Origin: an uncultured Chloroflexia bacterium
GTDB taxonomy: Bacteria; Chloroflexota; Dehalococcoidia; DSTF01; JALHUB01
Direction of reading: 5' to 3'
Assembly (NCBI GenBank): GCA_963703345.1
Contig: OY969814.1
Span: 1,856,001-1,920,000, forward strand
DNA: 64,000 nt
Positions within the stretch are counted from its first letter, which is position 1; each line of letters opens with the position of its first letter. Below are positions 42,538 to 52,000 of this stretch, in pieces. The notes under the pieces were generated by a model. It saw only the letters and a list, made by a program, of their open reading frames with translations. It was not told the origin of the DNA and ran no database searches. Position numbers and translations under genes: made by a program.

Positions 42538-43763
42538 CCACCGCGACAGCCACAGTCGAAATCGAGAACGTAGACATTGATTCCCTGCACCCCGACCCGG
42601 CAAACCCGAGGCGCATTGGCAAAGAGGAGTTGGAGGCGCTGACGCGAAGCCTGCGTGAGTTCGGCTTCGTCCAGCCGGTGGTGGCGAGGAAAAGCGACAG
42701 CGTCGTCATCGGCGGCCACCAACGGCTCCTCGCCGCCCGCAAACTCGGCCTGACGACGGTACCGGTGATCTTCCTCGACCTCTCCGTCGAGCAGTCCCGC
42801 CTCCTCAACCTCGCCCTCAATCGCATCTCGGGCGAGTGGGACCAGGAGCTCCTGGCGAGGATGCTTGCCGAACTCAAGCCGGTCGAGGACATCGACCTCA
42901 GCCTCTCCGGTTTCACGGAGGAGGAGTTGGGAAAGCTATTGAAGTCGCTCGACGTGCGGGAGAAGCGCGAGCGGGTGGAGGCGTTCGACCTCGACGCGGC
43001 GTTGGAGGCCGCACAGGCCGCACACGTTGCCCAACGTGGCGATCTGTGGCGGCTGGGGGATCACCGCTTGCTCTGCGGTGACGCGACCGACGTGGGGGAC
43101 GTGTCGCGGTTACTCGGCGAGACAAGGGCGTCTATGGCCTTCACCGATCCGCCCTACAACGTCGGCCTGGGTGACCACGGCGGCCGGCAGCGGGGAAGCC
43201 GCCGGCGGCGCATCACCAACGATGCCCTGTCTCCCGAAGCGTGGGAGGCTTTCGTCCGGGCCTGGGCACAAAACCTCCTTCAGCACGTCGACGGCGCCCT
43301 CTACGTCTGCATGAGCACCAAGGAGTGGCCTCTCGTCTCCCGCGTCCTGGAGGAGGCCGGCGGCCACTGGTCGGACACCATCATCTGGGCGAAGGACCGC
43401 TTCGTCCTCGGCCGCGCCGACTACCAGAGGCAGTACGAGCCGATCTGGTACGGCTGGAGAGAGGGCGCCTCCCACCACTGGTGCGGCGACCGCGACCAGG
43501 GTGACGTCTGGAATATCTCCCGGCCGGCCGACTCCGAGCTCCACCCGACGATGAAGCCGCTGGAGTTGGTCGAGACGGCCCTTTCCAACAGCAGCCGGCC
43601 CGGGGACGCCGTCCTCGACCTCTTCCTCGGCTCCGGCACGACGCTCATCGCCGTGGAACGAACGGGGCGGATCTGCTTCGGCTTGGAGCTGGAGCCGGCG
43701 TACATCGACGTCGCAGTCCGGCGTTGGGAGGCGTTCAGCGGAGAAAGAGCGCAGAAAGAATGA
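42534..43763 (+). CDS. ParB/Srx domain + N4/N6 DNA methyltransferase
   Basis: NPR..FGFVQP..IGGHQR; TDPPYN; HPTMKP; DLFLGSGTT. Confidence 0.92.
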   Translation: MTTATATVEIENVDIDSLHPDPANPRRIGKEELEALTRSLREFGFVQPVVARKSDSVVIGGHQRLLAARKLGLTTVPVIFLDLSVEQSRLLNLALNRISGEWDQELLARMLAELKPVEDIDLSLSGFTEEELGKLLKSLDVREKRERVEAFDLDAALEAAQAAHVAQRGDLWRLGDHRLLCGDATDVGDVSRLLGETRASMAFTDPPYNVGLGDHGGRQRGSRRRRITNDALSPEAWEAFVRAWAQNLLQHVDGALYVCMSTKEWPLVSRVLEEAGGHWSDTIIWAKDRFVLGRADYQRQYEPIWYGWREGASHHWCGDRDQGDVWNISRPADSELHPTMKPLELVETALSNSSRPGDAVLDLFLGSGTTLIAVERTGRICFGLELEPAYIDVAVRRWEAFSGERAQKE

Positions 43764-43844
43764 CGATTCGCTTGACTTCGTCGCGACTCAGAGTGATGTA
43801 TGTCCGCACCGGCAAGGGAGACCAACTCAGGAAAGGAGAAACGG

Positions 43845-44120
43845 ATGCCAACATTCAAGGTTCCTCAGGAGATGAAGAGCTTCTGGGGCGAGTTCTGGTG
43901 CGGGCCGGAGCAGATCCCGCAAGACGAGCCGACGCCGATCGCGCTTTACAAGCGGCACGGTCGGGACGAGATGGCGGCTCAGGTCGCGATCCTGGTGGTG
44001 GGCGACGAAGTCACCTACACCGTCTGCTCCCAGGGCAAGTGCGTCCGGACGCCGAGCAAGCTCCACGCTGCCGACCTGTGCCGCTGGCTCCGGTTCGGCG
44101 AGATCGAGTTCGTGGCCTGA
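43845..44120 (+). CDS. Hypothetical protein
   Basis: AAAGGAG SD; TTGACT promoter at 43772. Confidence 0.6.
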   Translation: MPTFKVPQEMKSFWGEFWCGPEQIPQDEPTPIALYKRHGRDEMAAQVAILVVGDEVTYTVCSQGKCVRTPSKLHAADLCRWLRFGEIEFVA

Positions 44121-44153
44121 AAAGGGCCGTAGTAGAGAATCAGGAGGTTGAGA

Positions 44154-44642
44154 ATGCCCATCGACAACAGGAACCTGGAGGCCGGGACGCGCCTGGCCGC
44201 ACGCTACAAGGGGGCGACCCACACCTGCGAGGTGGTCCAGACCGAGGAGGGACTGCGCTACCGGCTGGCGGACGGCAGAGAGTTCAAGAGCCCCTCCTCG
44301 GCAGCAAGCGCTGTCATGGGCGGGATGGCGGCGAACGGCTGGCGCTTCTGGAGCCTTGCCGAGGAACTCGCGGAGAAGGCGGCAGCTCCCAAGAAGGAGC
44401 GCCAGAGCAAGAAGAACGGCCACGTGGAGCGCTTCCGCTGCCTGCACTGCCAGCGCATCCACAAGACGGAGAAGGCGGCCGCTTCCTGCCGCTGCGCCGG
44501 CGCCAAGGCTGCCCGCGAGAGCGCCGGCAAGAGCGACTACGAGGCGATCATGATCGACCCGATGAACGCGGTCGGCGAGCCGCCCGCACAGCCACAGGCT
44601 GCCGAGGTCGCGGCCCAGCCGGAGGGAGAGCAGGCCGAATAG
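44154..44642 (+). CDS. DUF2924/RAMA-like DNA-binding domain protein
   Basis: GTRLAARYKG..DGREFKSPSSAASAV..ANGWRFW; C-terminal CxxC. Confidence 0.65.
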   Translation: MPIDNRNLEAGTRLAARYKGATHTCEVVQTEEGLRYRLADGREFKSPSSAASAVMGGMAANGWRFWSLAEELAEKAAAPKKERQSKKNGHVERFRCLHCQRIHKTEKAAASCRCAGAKAARESAGKSDYEAIMIDPMNAVGEPPAQPQAAEVAAQPEGEQAE

Positions 44643-44769
44643 ACGATAGCGGCCCTAGCAGAAGCAGCGGACCCGGTGAGGTCTGCTGCTCTCTCTTGTG
44701 TCTACGGGGAACGAACACTATGGCCCGATGGTGCCCGATAAGCTAGCCCCCGATAAGCAGAGCTTATGA

Positions 44770-45189
44770 ATGCTTATGTCTGAACGCACTTGCATGGCGA
44801 TCACTGAGAAGGGCAAGCCCTGCCGCCAGGCTCCCCTGCGGGGGCAGAGCTTCTGCTTCTGGCACTCGCCGGAGCACTCGCAAGAGGCGGCCGAAGCACG
44901 GAGGCTGGGAGGGCTGCGCCGGCGCAAGGAGAAGATAACCGGCGGCGTCTATGACTTCGAGGGTCTCGAGGACGTGCCCAAGATCCGTCGCCTACTAGAG
45001 ATAGCGGCGGTGGATACGCTAACCCTCGAGTCTTCCATCGCCCGCTCCCGGACGCTGGCCTACCTCGTCCAGATGGCGTTGAAGTGCCTTGAGGTGGGTG
45101 AGGTGGAGAGCAGGCTGAGCGTCCTGGAGGGCTACTTCGAGGAGTGGAAGGGGAAGACGCATGATACCCATGCGGGTCAGACGGCTTGA
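44770..45189 (+). CDS. Phage-type hypothetical protein with N-terminal Cys/His Zn finger
   Basis: CMAITEKGKPC..FCFWH. Confidence 0.6.
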   Translation: MLMSERTCMAITEKGKPCRQAPLRGQSFCFWHSPEHSQEAAEARRLGGLRRRKEKITGGVYDFEGLEDVPKIRRLLEIAAVDTLTLESSIARSRTLAYLVQMALKCLEVGEVESRLSVLEGYFEEWKGKTHDTHAGQTA

Positions 45190-45397
45190 GCGGGCGACGG
45201 CGGAGACACTGCAGGAGGCACGCCGAGATATCACGGTAGAACTACTCAACAGTGTCATCCCGCCCGTCTGCACACTGTTTCTGGAAGTCAATGATGAGCC
45301 AGATCCGCAGGAGCGAATAGACCGCTTCGCGCAGGGCTTCGACAAGATTGTCAACGCGTACCTCGGACCGCAATCGGACGGGCACGGGGGAAGATGA
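45161..45397 (+). CDS. Hypothetical protein
   Basis: Overlapping, coupled ORF in the same operon. Confidence 0.45.
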   Translation: MIPMRVRRLERATAETLQEARRDITVELLNSVIPPVCTLFLEVNDEPDPQERIDRFAQGFDKIVNAYLGPQSDGHGGR

Positions 45398-45732
45398 CCA
45401 ACAGCAGGAGTCGTCTCGGTAGGCTTGAGCGGACTCTTGACCTGGAGCTGGAGGCGAGGGCACGCCGCGTGCTCGGGCTGCGACACTCCGTCGCGTGGAC
45501 GGATTTTGCGCGGGAGTACTGGCAAGTAGCCGGGCGAATGGCTGCCATCCAGAGAAAGCCCGCGCATTCTGAGACGCGCCGAGAAGGGCCAGCTGGTCTA
45601 CAGGCGGAGGTCCGAATGCTGGCAGAGGAGATGGGATTGGACTTCGAGGAACTGATAGGCGAAGCCGAACGAATCACTGCCCAGAGCGAACTCGACCCGC
45701 AAGCCACCAGATGGCTTCTGTCCCGCCTGTGA
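45394..45732 (+). CDS. Hypothetical protein
   Basis: ATGA coupling; RSRLGRLER N-terminus typical of small phage ORFs. Confidence 0.5.
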   Translation: MTNSRSRLGRLERTLDLELEARARRVLGLRHSVAWTDFAREYWQVAGRMAAIQRKPAHSETRREGPAGLQAEVRMLAEEMGLDFEELIGEAERITAQSELDPQATRWLLSRL

Positions 45733-45836
45733 CCTCCGGCGCTGCCCCGCGGAGGACGATGCCGATCGCCGCCCTCATGCTATAATCCCCCCGGTTCGTC
45801 GGCCGAACGGACCAACAGTCGGCAGGGAGACAACGG

Positions 45837-46628
45837 ATGTCGACGCGCCTTTAGGTCACGGCTTGCCTGGCTGCGCTCACGGTCGTTATGTCGAGTGGCT
45901 GTGGCGGCACCACGACGTTTGGCCCGACGCGCTCGCCTACTGCTGCGCGTACGACAGTCCCAGCGTCACCCACGGTGTTCCCGCCCCTCACTTCGACACC
46001 GCTGCCAGCCACCACCACTCCGGCGGCAGCGACTCCACCCTCGTCCACATCCACCTGCGTCTCAAAAGACGGCCTCCCCGACCGCAGCTGCACTCCCGGC
46101 GCCGTCAACCCTCGCGTCACTCAGGACAACATCCACCAGACGATCTGCGTCTCCGGCTACACCACGACGGTCCGACCACCGACCTCGTATACGACTCCGC
46201 TGAAAGTCAAACAGATGGCGGCGTACGGCTGGACCGGGACGACCGCAGACTACGAAGAGGACCACCTCATCCCGCTGGAGGTTGGCGGGAACCCGACAGA
46301 CCCGAACAACCTGTGGCCGGAGCCGTATGCCGAGCCGAACGGGGCCAGGGACAAGGACAAGGTCGAGAACTCTCTGCACGACAGGGTGTGCAGCGGGCAG
46401 ATGACGCTGGCGGACGCGCAGGGCCTGATAGCGACGAACTGGGAGGCGGTGAGCGCCGGCGGAACAACAGGGGAGAGCATCCCGGCGCCGCCTCCCCCTG
46501 CCGCGGTGGATACGCCCACCCAGGGCTGCTGCAAGTACTGCACCACGGGCAAGGCCTGCGGCGACGGTTGCATCTCCAAGAACTACACCTGCCACCAGCC
46601 GCCCGGCTGCGCCTGCAACGCCTACTAA
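45837..46628 (+). pseudogene. Lipoprotein with HNH-like domain and Cys-rich tail; TAG at codon 6
   Basis: GGGAG SD, ATG 45837, TAG 45852 inside the signal peptide before lipobox SSGC; YEEDHLIPLEVGG..NLWP; TGCTATAAT promoter at 45778. Confidence 0.7.
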
Positions 46629-46705
46629 CCCACTTCAGGCTAGACGGATTTGGCCAGAGGAGGTAACCGGTTGCGCGTCCGCTGCCGCCGGCTCAGACTC
46701 AGATC

Positions 46706-47041
46706 ATGAGAATGACGCGGATTCAGCGGGAGAAACGGACGGTGAGCGCTATGATAGCGCTGTACTGTCAGGCTCATCATCCAGCAGCCGACACGCCCTG
46801 CGCCGAGTGTCGGACGCTTCAGGACTACGCGCTCGCCCGCCTCGACCGCTGCCCGTTCGCTGACAATAAGCCTACCTGCGCCAGGTGCCCGGTCCACTGC
46901 TATAAACCCGACATGAGAGCGCGGATCAGGGACGTGATGCGCTATGCCGGCCCTCGCATGCTAGCTCGCCATCCTCTGCTCGCGGCGATGCACCAAATCG
47001 ACTCGCTGGGACGAAGCGGCGTGTCGAGGACCAGACACTAA
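46706..47041 (+). CDS. YgbA family (nitrous oxide-stimulated promoter) Cys-rich protein
   Basis: REKRTV..MIALYC..RLDRCP..KPTCARCPVHCY..MRYAGPRM. Confidence 0.88.
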   Translation: MRMTRIQREKRTVSAMIALYCQAHHPAADTPCAECRTLQDYALARLDRCPFADNKPTCARCPVHCYKPDMRARIRDVMRYAGPRMLARHPLLAAMHQIDSLGRSGVSRTRH

Positions 47042-47066
47042 GTCCCCGTCGTGACCGCTATGGAAC

Positions 47067-47103
47067 AATCCGGAGGTCGCTTCGAACCTCTCACAGCCCT
47101 CCA
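47067..47103 (+). repeat. Degenerate tRNA-Lys 3' fragment (site 0)
   Basis: AATCCGGAGGTCGCTTCGAACCTCTCACAGCCCTCCA-GACGGCT aligns to site 2, including its downstream flank. Confidence 0.65.
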
Positions 47104-47457
47104 GACGGCTCTTCTGAATCTGAATTTGGTCTCTCCTGCTTCTACACCTGTGTTCAAAGGCCATGTTTGAGATCTCCAACCCCGCAGGACAGCTCATGGA
47201 ATTGGAGCGATGCCGGGACTACGATATTGACCCCTTAATACTGCACCAGACCACGCCAGGAAAGGCGCCTGAACCACCAGCCGCAATCGCCGCCTACCTC
47301 CGAGACTAGACTGACCTATCCTGTACCTCTTGCGGTCGTATAATATGTCTTACACATGCACGATTCTTCCGATATAACAGCGCTCGGCCGGTAATATATA
47401 TTCCGCAGGATAACCTCTTCTGAGAAAGATAACGATAGTACATACAAAGGAGCTTCA

Positions 47458-48567
47458 ATGATCAAATCGAGACTGTGTGACCTGATCGGAATCAAGTATC
47501 CCATCATCCAGGCAGGGATGGGACCTTTCAGCAACAACAATCTGGCAGTTGCTGCGGCCAACGCGGGCGTCCTGGGGCTGCTTTCCACCAGCGGTGTCTT
47601 TAACAAGGATACCCAGCCCTGGGTTTACAAAGACTTCGTAAACACTGCCGGCGCAGACTACGACGATGACATGCCGACTGTCATCGAAAAGGTGCTGAAA
47701 CGGACCTACAACCTGGTCAAGGACAAGGGCGGCATTTTCGGCATCAACGTGATGGTCTCGGCGGAGGTCCTCGATCGCTCACGCGTCATAGTCAACACAG
47801 CCATAAAGGTGTGTCAGGAGAACCCGGACATCAAGAAGCATTTTAAGGTCATCTTCACGTCAGCCGGTGACCCCATGGGCTGGAAGGACAAGATCAAGGG
47901 AGCGGGGTTCACCTGGATACACGTTGTCCCGTCGGTCAAGGCAGCTTTGCGCTGCAAGAAGGCAGGAGTAGACGTTATCGTAGCTTCCGGCCATGAAGGA
48001 GGTTTCCACATTTCCTGGGAGCCGGTACACTCCATGATCCTGCTTCCCGCGGTGGTGGAAACGGTGTCCGACGAGAATACGCTGGTTGTCGGCGCCGGCG
48101 GGTACTCCGACGGCAAGACCCTCGCGGCTGCGCTCGTCATGGGCGCAGACGGCGCGCAGATGGGCACGCGCTTCCTGGCCACGCAGGAGAGCGACTTCCA
48201 CCAGATCTGGAAGGAAGAAGTTGTGGCCGCCGGTGACAGAGCAACGCTCGTGGCGCGCGGTGTTGTCGGCCCTGCCCGCTGGCTGAAGACGCCCCGCAGT
48301 GTCGAACATGCCGCCAGCACCCTTAAGAAATCGCCGGGCGTCTTCCTCGGCACTCCTGATGACTACAGCACAATGGACATGTCCCTGCTCGATTACGAAA
48401 TTGAATCAATCAAAGCTGTCTTCGAGGGCAACAAGGAAAAGGCGATGATGGCTGCCGGGGAAGTGGCGCAGCGCATCAAGGACATGCCTAAAGTCAACGA
48501 TATGGTGCAGGAGATCGTCACGGAGGCCGAGACCATCCTGAGAAACGTTCCCAAGCTGCTGGCCTAG
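47458..48567 (+). CDS. Nitronate monooxygenase / FabK-like flavoprotein
   Basis: KYPIIQAGMG, SGHEGGFH, AGG..DG, GAQMGTRF. Confidence 0.88.
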   Translation: MIKSRLCDLIGIKYPIIQAGMGPFSNNNLAVAAANAGVLGLLSTSGVFNKDTQPWVYKDFVNTAGADYDDDMPTVIEKVLKRTYNLVKDKGGIFGINVMVSAEVLDRSRVIVNTAIKVCQENPDIKKHFKVIFTSAGDPMGWKDKIKGAGFTWIHVVPSVKAALRCKKAGVDVIVASGHEGGFHISWEPVHSMILLPAVVETVSDENTLVVGAGGYSDGKTLAAALVMGADGAQMGTRFLATQESDFHQIWKEEVVAAGDRATLVARGVVGPARWLKTPRSVEHAASTLKKSPGVFLGTPDDYSTMDMSLLDYEIESIKAVFEGNKEKAMMAAGEVAQRIKDMPKVNDMVQEIVTEAETILRNVPKLLA

Positions 48568-48594
48568 CCTGTCAAGCCAGGTTGTCCTGGTAGA

Positions 48595-48624
48595 AAAAAG
48601 CCGGCGGCCTGTGCCGCCGGCTTT
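48595..48624. terminator. Intrinsic (bidirectional) terminator
   Basis: AAAAAAGCCGGCGGC-ctgt-GCCGCCGGCTTT. Confidence 0.75.
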
Positions 48625-48661
48625 ATTGAAAGACAAGACCGCCATCGTGGCCGGGGGTGGC

Positions 48662-48851
48662 TTGCCTGGGCATCCCGGACCACTTAGAATCCTCTCGTCA
48701 GATGCCACGCGGGCAAGGCCGCGGGATTCGGCCTCGTTGAGCACCATCTGACCCTTCCCCAAGATTCGGCGGGCAGCGCTGAGTGCGGGCCGAACGGCTC
48801 GCGGACTTTTAATCCGGGAGTCGAGGGTTCGAATCCCTCACGGCCCTCCCA
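48662..48851 (+). repeat. Site 1: promoter + structured arm + tRNA-Lys(UUU) 3' half
   Basis: TTGCCT-17-TAGAAT; GTCAGATG/CATCTGAC and TTCGGC/GCCGAA helices; CGGA-CTTTTAA-TCCGG; GAGGG-TTCGAAT-CCCTC; ACGGCCC. Confidence 0.85.
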
Positions 48852-49044
48852 GCCGTCGCAGCCGTCGCATTCGTCGTCATCGTCAAGCGCGCGTGCGCCG
48901 ACCGGGGAATGCCTCTCAAGTTCGGCCAGCCCGTTCACGCGAGCATCCCCACACGATAGCCAGAACCGACCCTGAGACCCAGCCTCCGCACTCATGCGCG
49001 GTCGATTGGCCTCAAATCTGCGCGGTTCGCGGCCTACCCGGGCG

Positions 49045-52000
49045 CTACGCGGCCCGCCGTCTTCTAACGTACCAGAGACCAGCACCGACAGTGATCGCGC
49101 CTACTGCTCCCGCAGCCATTTCCGCCCAAGGGACGTAATCGGTTGCCGAAGAAGGTTCTGTTGCTTCAGGCGACCCCGGCGCTATATCCGGTGGCTCCGC
49201 AATCCCCCCGACAGCGCCGGAAACGCGCACGGGTGTGGGGGTAGGCGTCGGGGTGGGTGTTGGCACTGAGCCTGCACAAGTCCGCTGGTACCGTCCGGAA
49301 ACGAACTGCAGATCCTTGATGTCGATGTCATAGTCACCGGTCGCCGGCTCAAGGTCAAACCAGATGTTGTACGGCCACTGGCCAAGGCTCGAGCCGTAGC
49401 GCCCGGACCCCGCTTGCTCGTCTATCACGTTGACCTGGCAATCCTTGTTTACGTCGCCTTCCAGCGCCCGCACAAGAATGGTCGACCCGCTGACCTGATC
49501 GATGAGAATGGGATTCCGCAGCACGTCGCTCAGTTCCGCGCCACTCTGGGTGACGTTGGTCAGCATCCCGTTGCCCAACGTCGGCCGAATCGTCACAGTG
49601 GGTGTAAGCGTCAGATAGGCGAGCACGCCCGGCCCTGTGGGCCCCGGCTGACTACCCGTGGATGTGCAAGCTATACTAAGCGAGCTCTCCGTCTGGTCCT
49701 GCCGGCATTGCGTCTGGCGCCCGGTGCTGGCCAGGAACGGGCCTTCGCTCGCGCTAGCGCTGACGACATTCCTATCGTAATAGACTGTGAATTCAAAGCC
49801 ACCGACCTGAGTGCCCGCCGGCACGTTGGCGACCTCATCGGCCAACACGAGCTTCCCTTCACCGTCATGCGTGCAATCTGTCGGGCCCCCGCTGCACTGC
49901 CACAAGTTTGCGCTGCTCGGACTTATCGACAGAACGATTGGGTCCGCCGCCGTCGCAGCGGAAGGAGTCTGGACACGGGCGGCCAAGACAAGCCATAAGC
50001 CGAACACGCCCGTGACAGTGAGAGCGAATGCCGCCGGTATGCGAACCCGCCCCCTTCGCCTGACGACGGCGCCGCTGAGCGCGGCGCGACAACCGCGGAG
50101 CAGTTGTCTGAATCCCCGTTCCGCGCGCATCATCGCGTCCTTCGCAAGAACGATTTCATTCGAACCAGCGCCTCTTGGCTGTTTCGGAGCGCGCCCCTTA
50201 ATCCGTTTCTTGCTTCTCTTACGCCCGGTCGGACGCACCAGAAGTCCGGCCATTCCCGTTAGCAACACGGCAACGGCTGCGTATCGGGGCGCCACCTTCG
50301 ACGCGGGGGGAACCGACCCTGTGGCGGATACGGAAACTGATCCCCCTGCAGCCTTAGCGCTGATAGTGTTGCCGAAAGGATCGGCGAGCGCGTACGCGGG
50401 GAGGTCGAGCGAGCTTGTCCCCAGCGCCAGCGCTCGGAAAGTGATCTCCGCCAGAAGGCCGGTTCCGCTGGCGCCCGGCGCGCTACCGCTGCTTACGCAA
50501 CCGAAGCGGACCTGCCTATCGCTCACCGTCGGGGTTGGGCAGAACACGCCACGTCTGGTGCTGCCGAGAAAAGTCCCATTGCTTATGCCCGAGAGTATCA
50601 GGATATTCGGGTCGAATTGGACCGTAAAGTCGTATGCGGCGACGTTCGAGACGTCACGCGCCATCACGTCCACCACGAAGTAGTCGCCCACCCTCACGGA
50701 CTGTGAGGGCGGATCGATCAGGACAGCCGGAACATTAGGAGCGAGTGTTGGCGTCGGAGTAGGCGGCTCGTTGCCGGCCGTCGCCGTGCTCGTCGGCGTT
50801 TGACTGGGCCCGGGCGTGTACGTCTCCGTCGGAAGAGGCGTGTCCGTCGGCGTCGGCGCCGGTCCAATCGTTACGGACGCCTGTCCACCGATGCTGACCG
50901 CAATGGTTCCTGCCATTGGATTGGTCAGAATGGCCTTCTCTACGGTGACCTGCGTGTCTCCAGTCTGGAGCGGGACGAAAGTGAGAATGGACAGGACGCC
51001 GCTGCCGCTTGCCCCTGCCGGTTCGGGCCCGAGCGTGAGGCAGACCGTACGTACTTTGGTGCCAAAGATATCCGGGGGCAGACAGCTTGGACCCCGGCCG
51101 CTGCTACCCAGGAAAGGACCGTTCTTCACGCTTGCGACCTGGAGAAACGCTGGATCGAAGTCGAGCGTCAACTCATATGCTCCAAGGTCTGTTACGCCGT
51201 CCACCGTGGCATTGACGCTAAACGGAACGCTTACATTTGCTTGCTGCCAAGCCGGCGCCACGCTGATCGTGACCGCGCCGCCCACCGGTGTGTTAGTCGG
51301 CGTTGGCGCGGCCGGCCCCGGCGTCCAGGTTGCCCTTGGCGTGAGTGTCGCCGTCGGCGTTGGGCTCGGCCCGACCGTGAAAGTCGCCGTGGGCGGGACC
51401 GTCTCCGTCGCCGTTGGTGTATCGGTCGGTGTAGGCGACGGCCCGTAAGTCGGCGTCGGCGCCGGCTGGACAACGACCGATGCGCCGAGGAGCGCATCCG
51501 TCGGAATGACAGTGGCCTGAATGTCTGTCAGGACGAAGTCGCTCAGATTCATCAGGCCGATGCCTTCGCGGATGGCGGAAAAAGTGATTGTCGCAAGCAC
51601 GCCGTTGCCGTCGGGACCGGGAGGATGCGTGCCCAACGTGCGACAGACAAGCCGCACCGAGTTGCCCGTCGGACTCGGAGTCGCAGCGTCACAGCTCACA
51701 CTGCGCCCCGTGCTCCCGAGGAAAGGGCCGTACTTAGCGCCGACGAACGAAGCGATAACCGGATCGAACTGAATGCTTGCCTGGAAGGCGCCAAGATCGG
51801 CCACGTTGTTGACCATAAGGTCGATGCTAAAATCGCTGCCGTTAAACGCCGTCTGCCCCGCCGGACGAAGGCAAGCGACCACGCCCGCAGGTGCGCCTTC
51901 GCACGTCGGGCCCGGCGTTGGCGACGGCGTGGGCACGACAGGGGTTGACGTCGGCCGCGGCGTCGGAAAGCCGATAGTGACTTGCCCATTTTCCGCCACC

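Larger units (their letters stand above)
39189..45732 (+). mobile_element. Phage-satellite-like or degraded prophage module (boundaries approximate)
   Basis: Co-oriented Prim-Pol replicase, two TerS, ParB-MTase and small phage-type ORFs, with a tRNA-end fragment on the left. Confidence 0.65.

Noticed and set aside
43724-44746. 340-aa plus-strand ORF
   Set aside because: Alternate frame over two genes that have good SD sites (43845, 44154)
45852-45854. Pyrrolysine or amber recoding
   Set aside because: TAG ends many genes in this window (e.g. rplU, rpmE, mreB); no pyl genes seen
48787-48851. Intact tRNA-Lys gene
   Set aside because: No D-arm, and mismatches at the acceptor and anticodon stem ends; treated as a fragment or mimic
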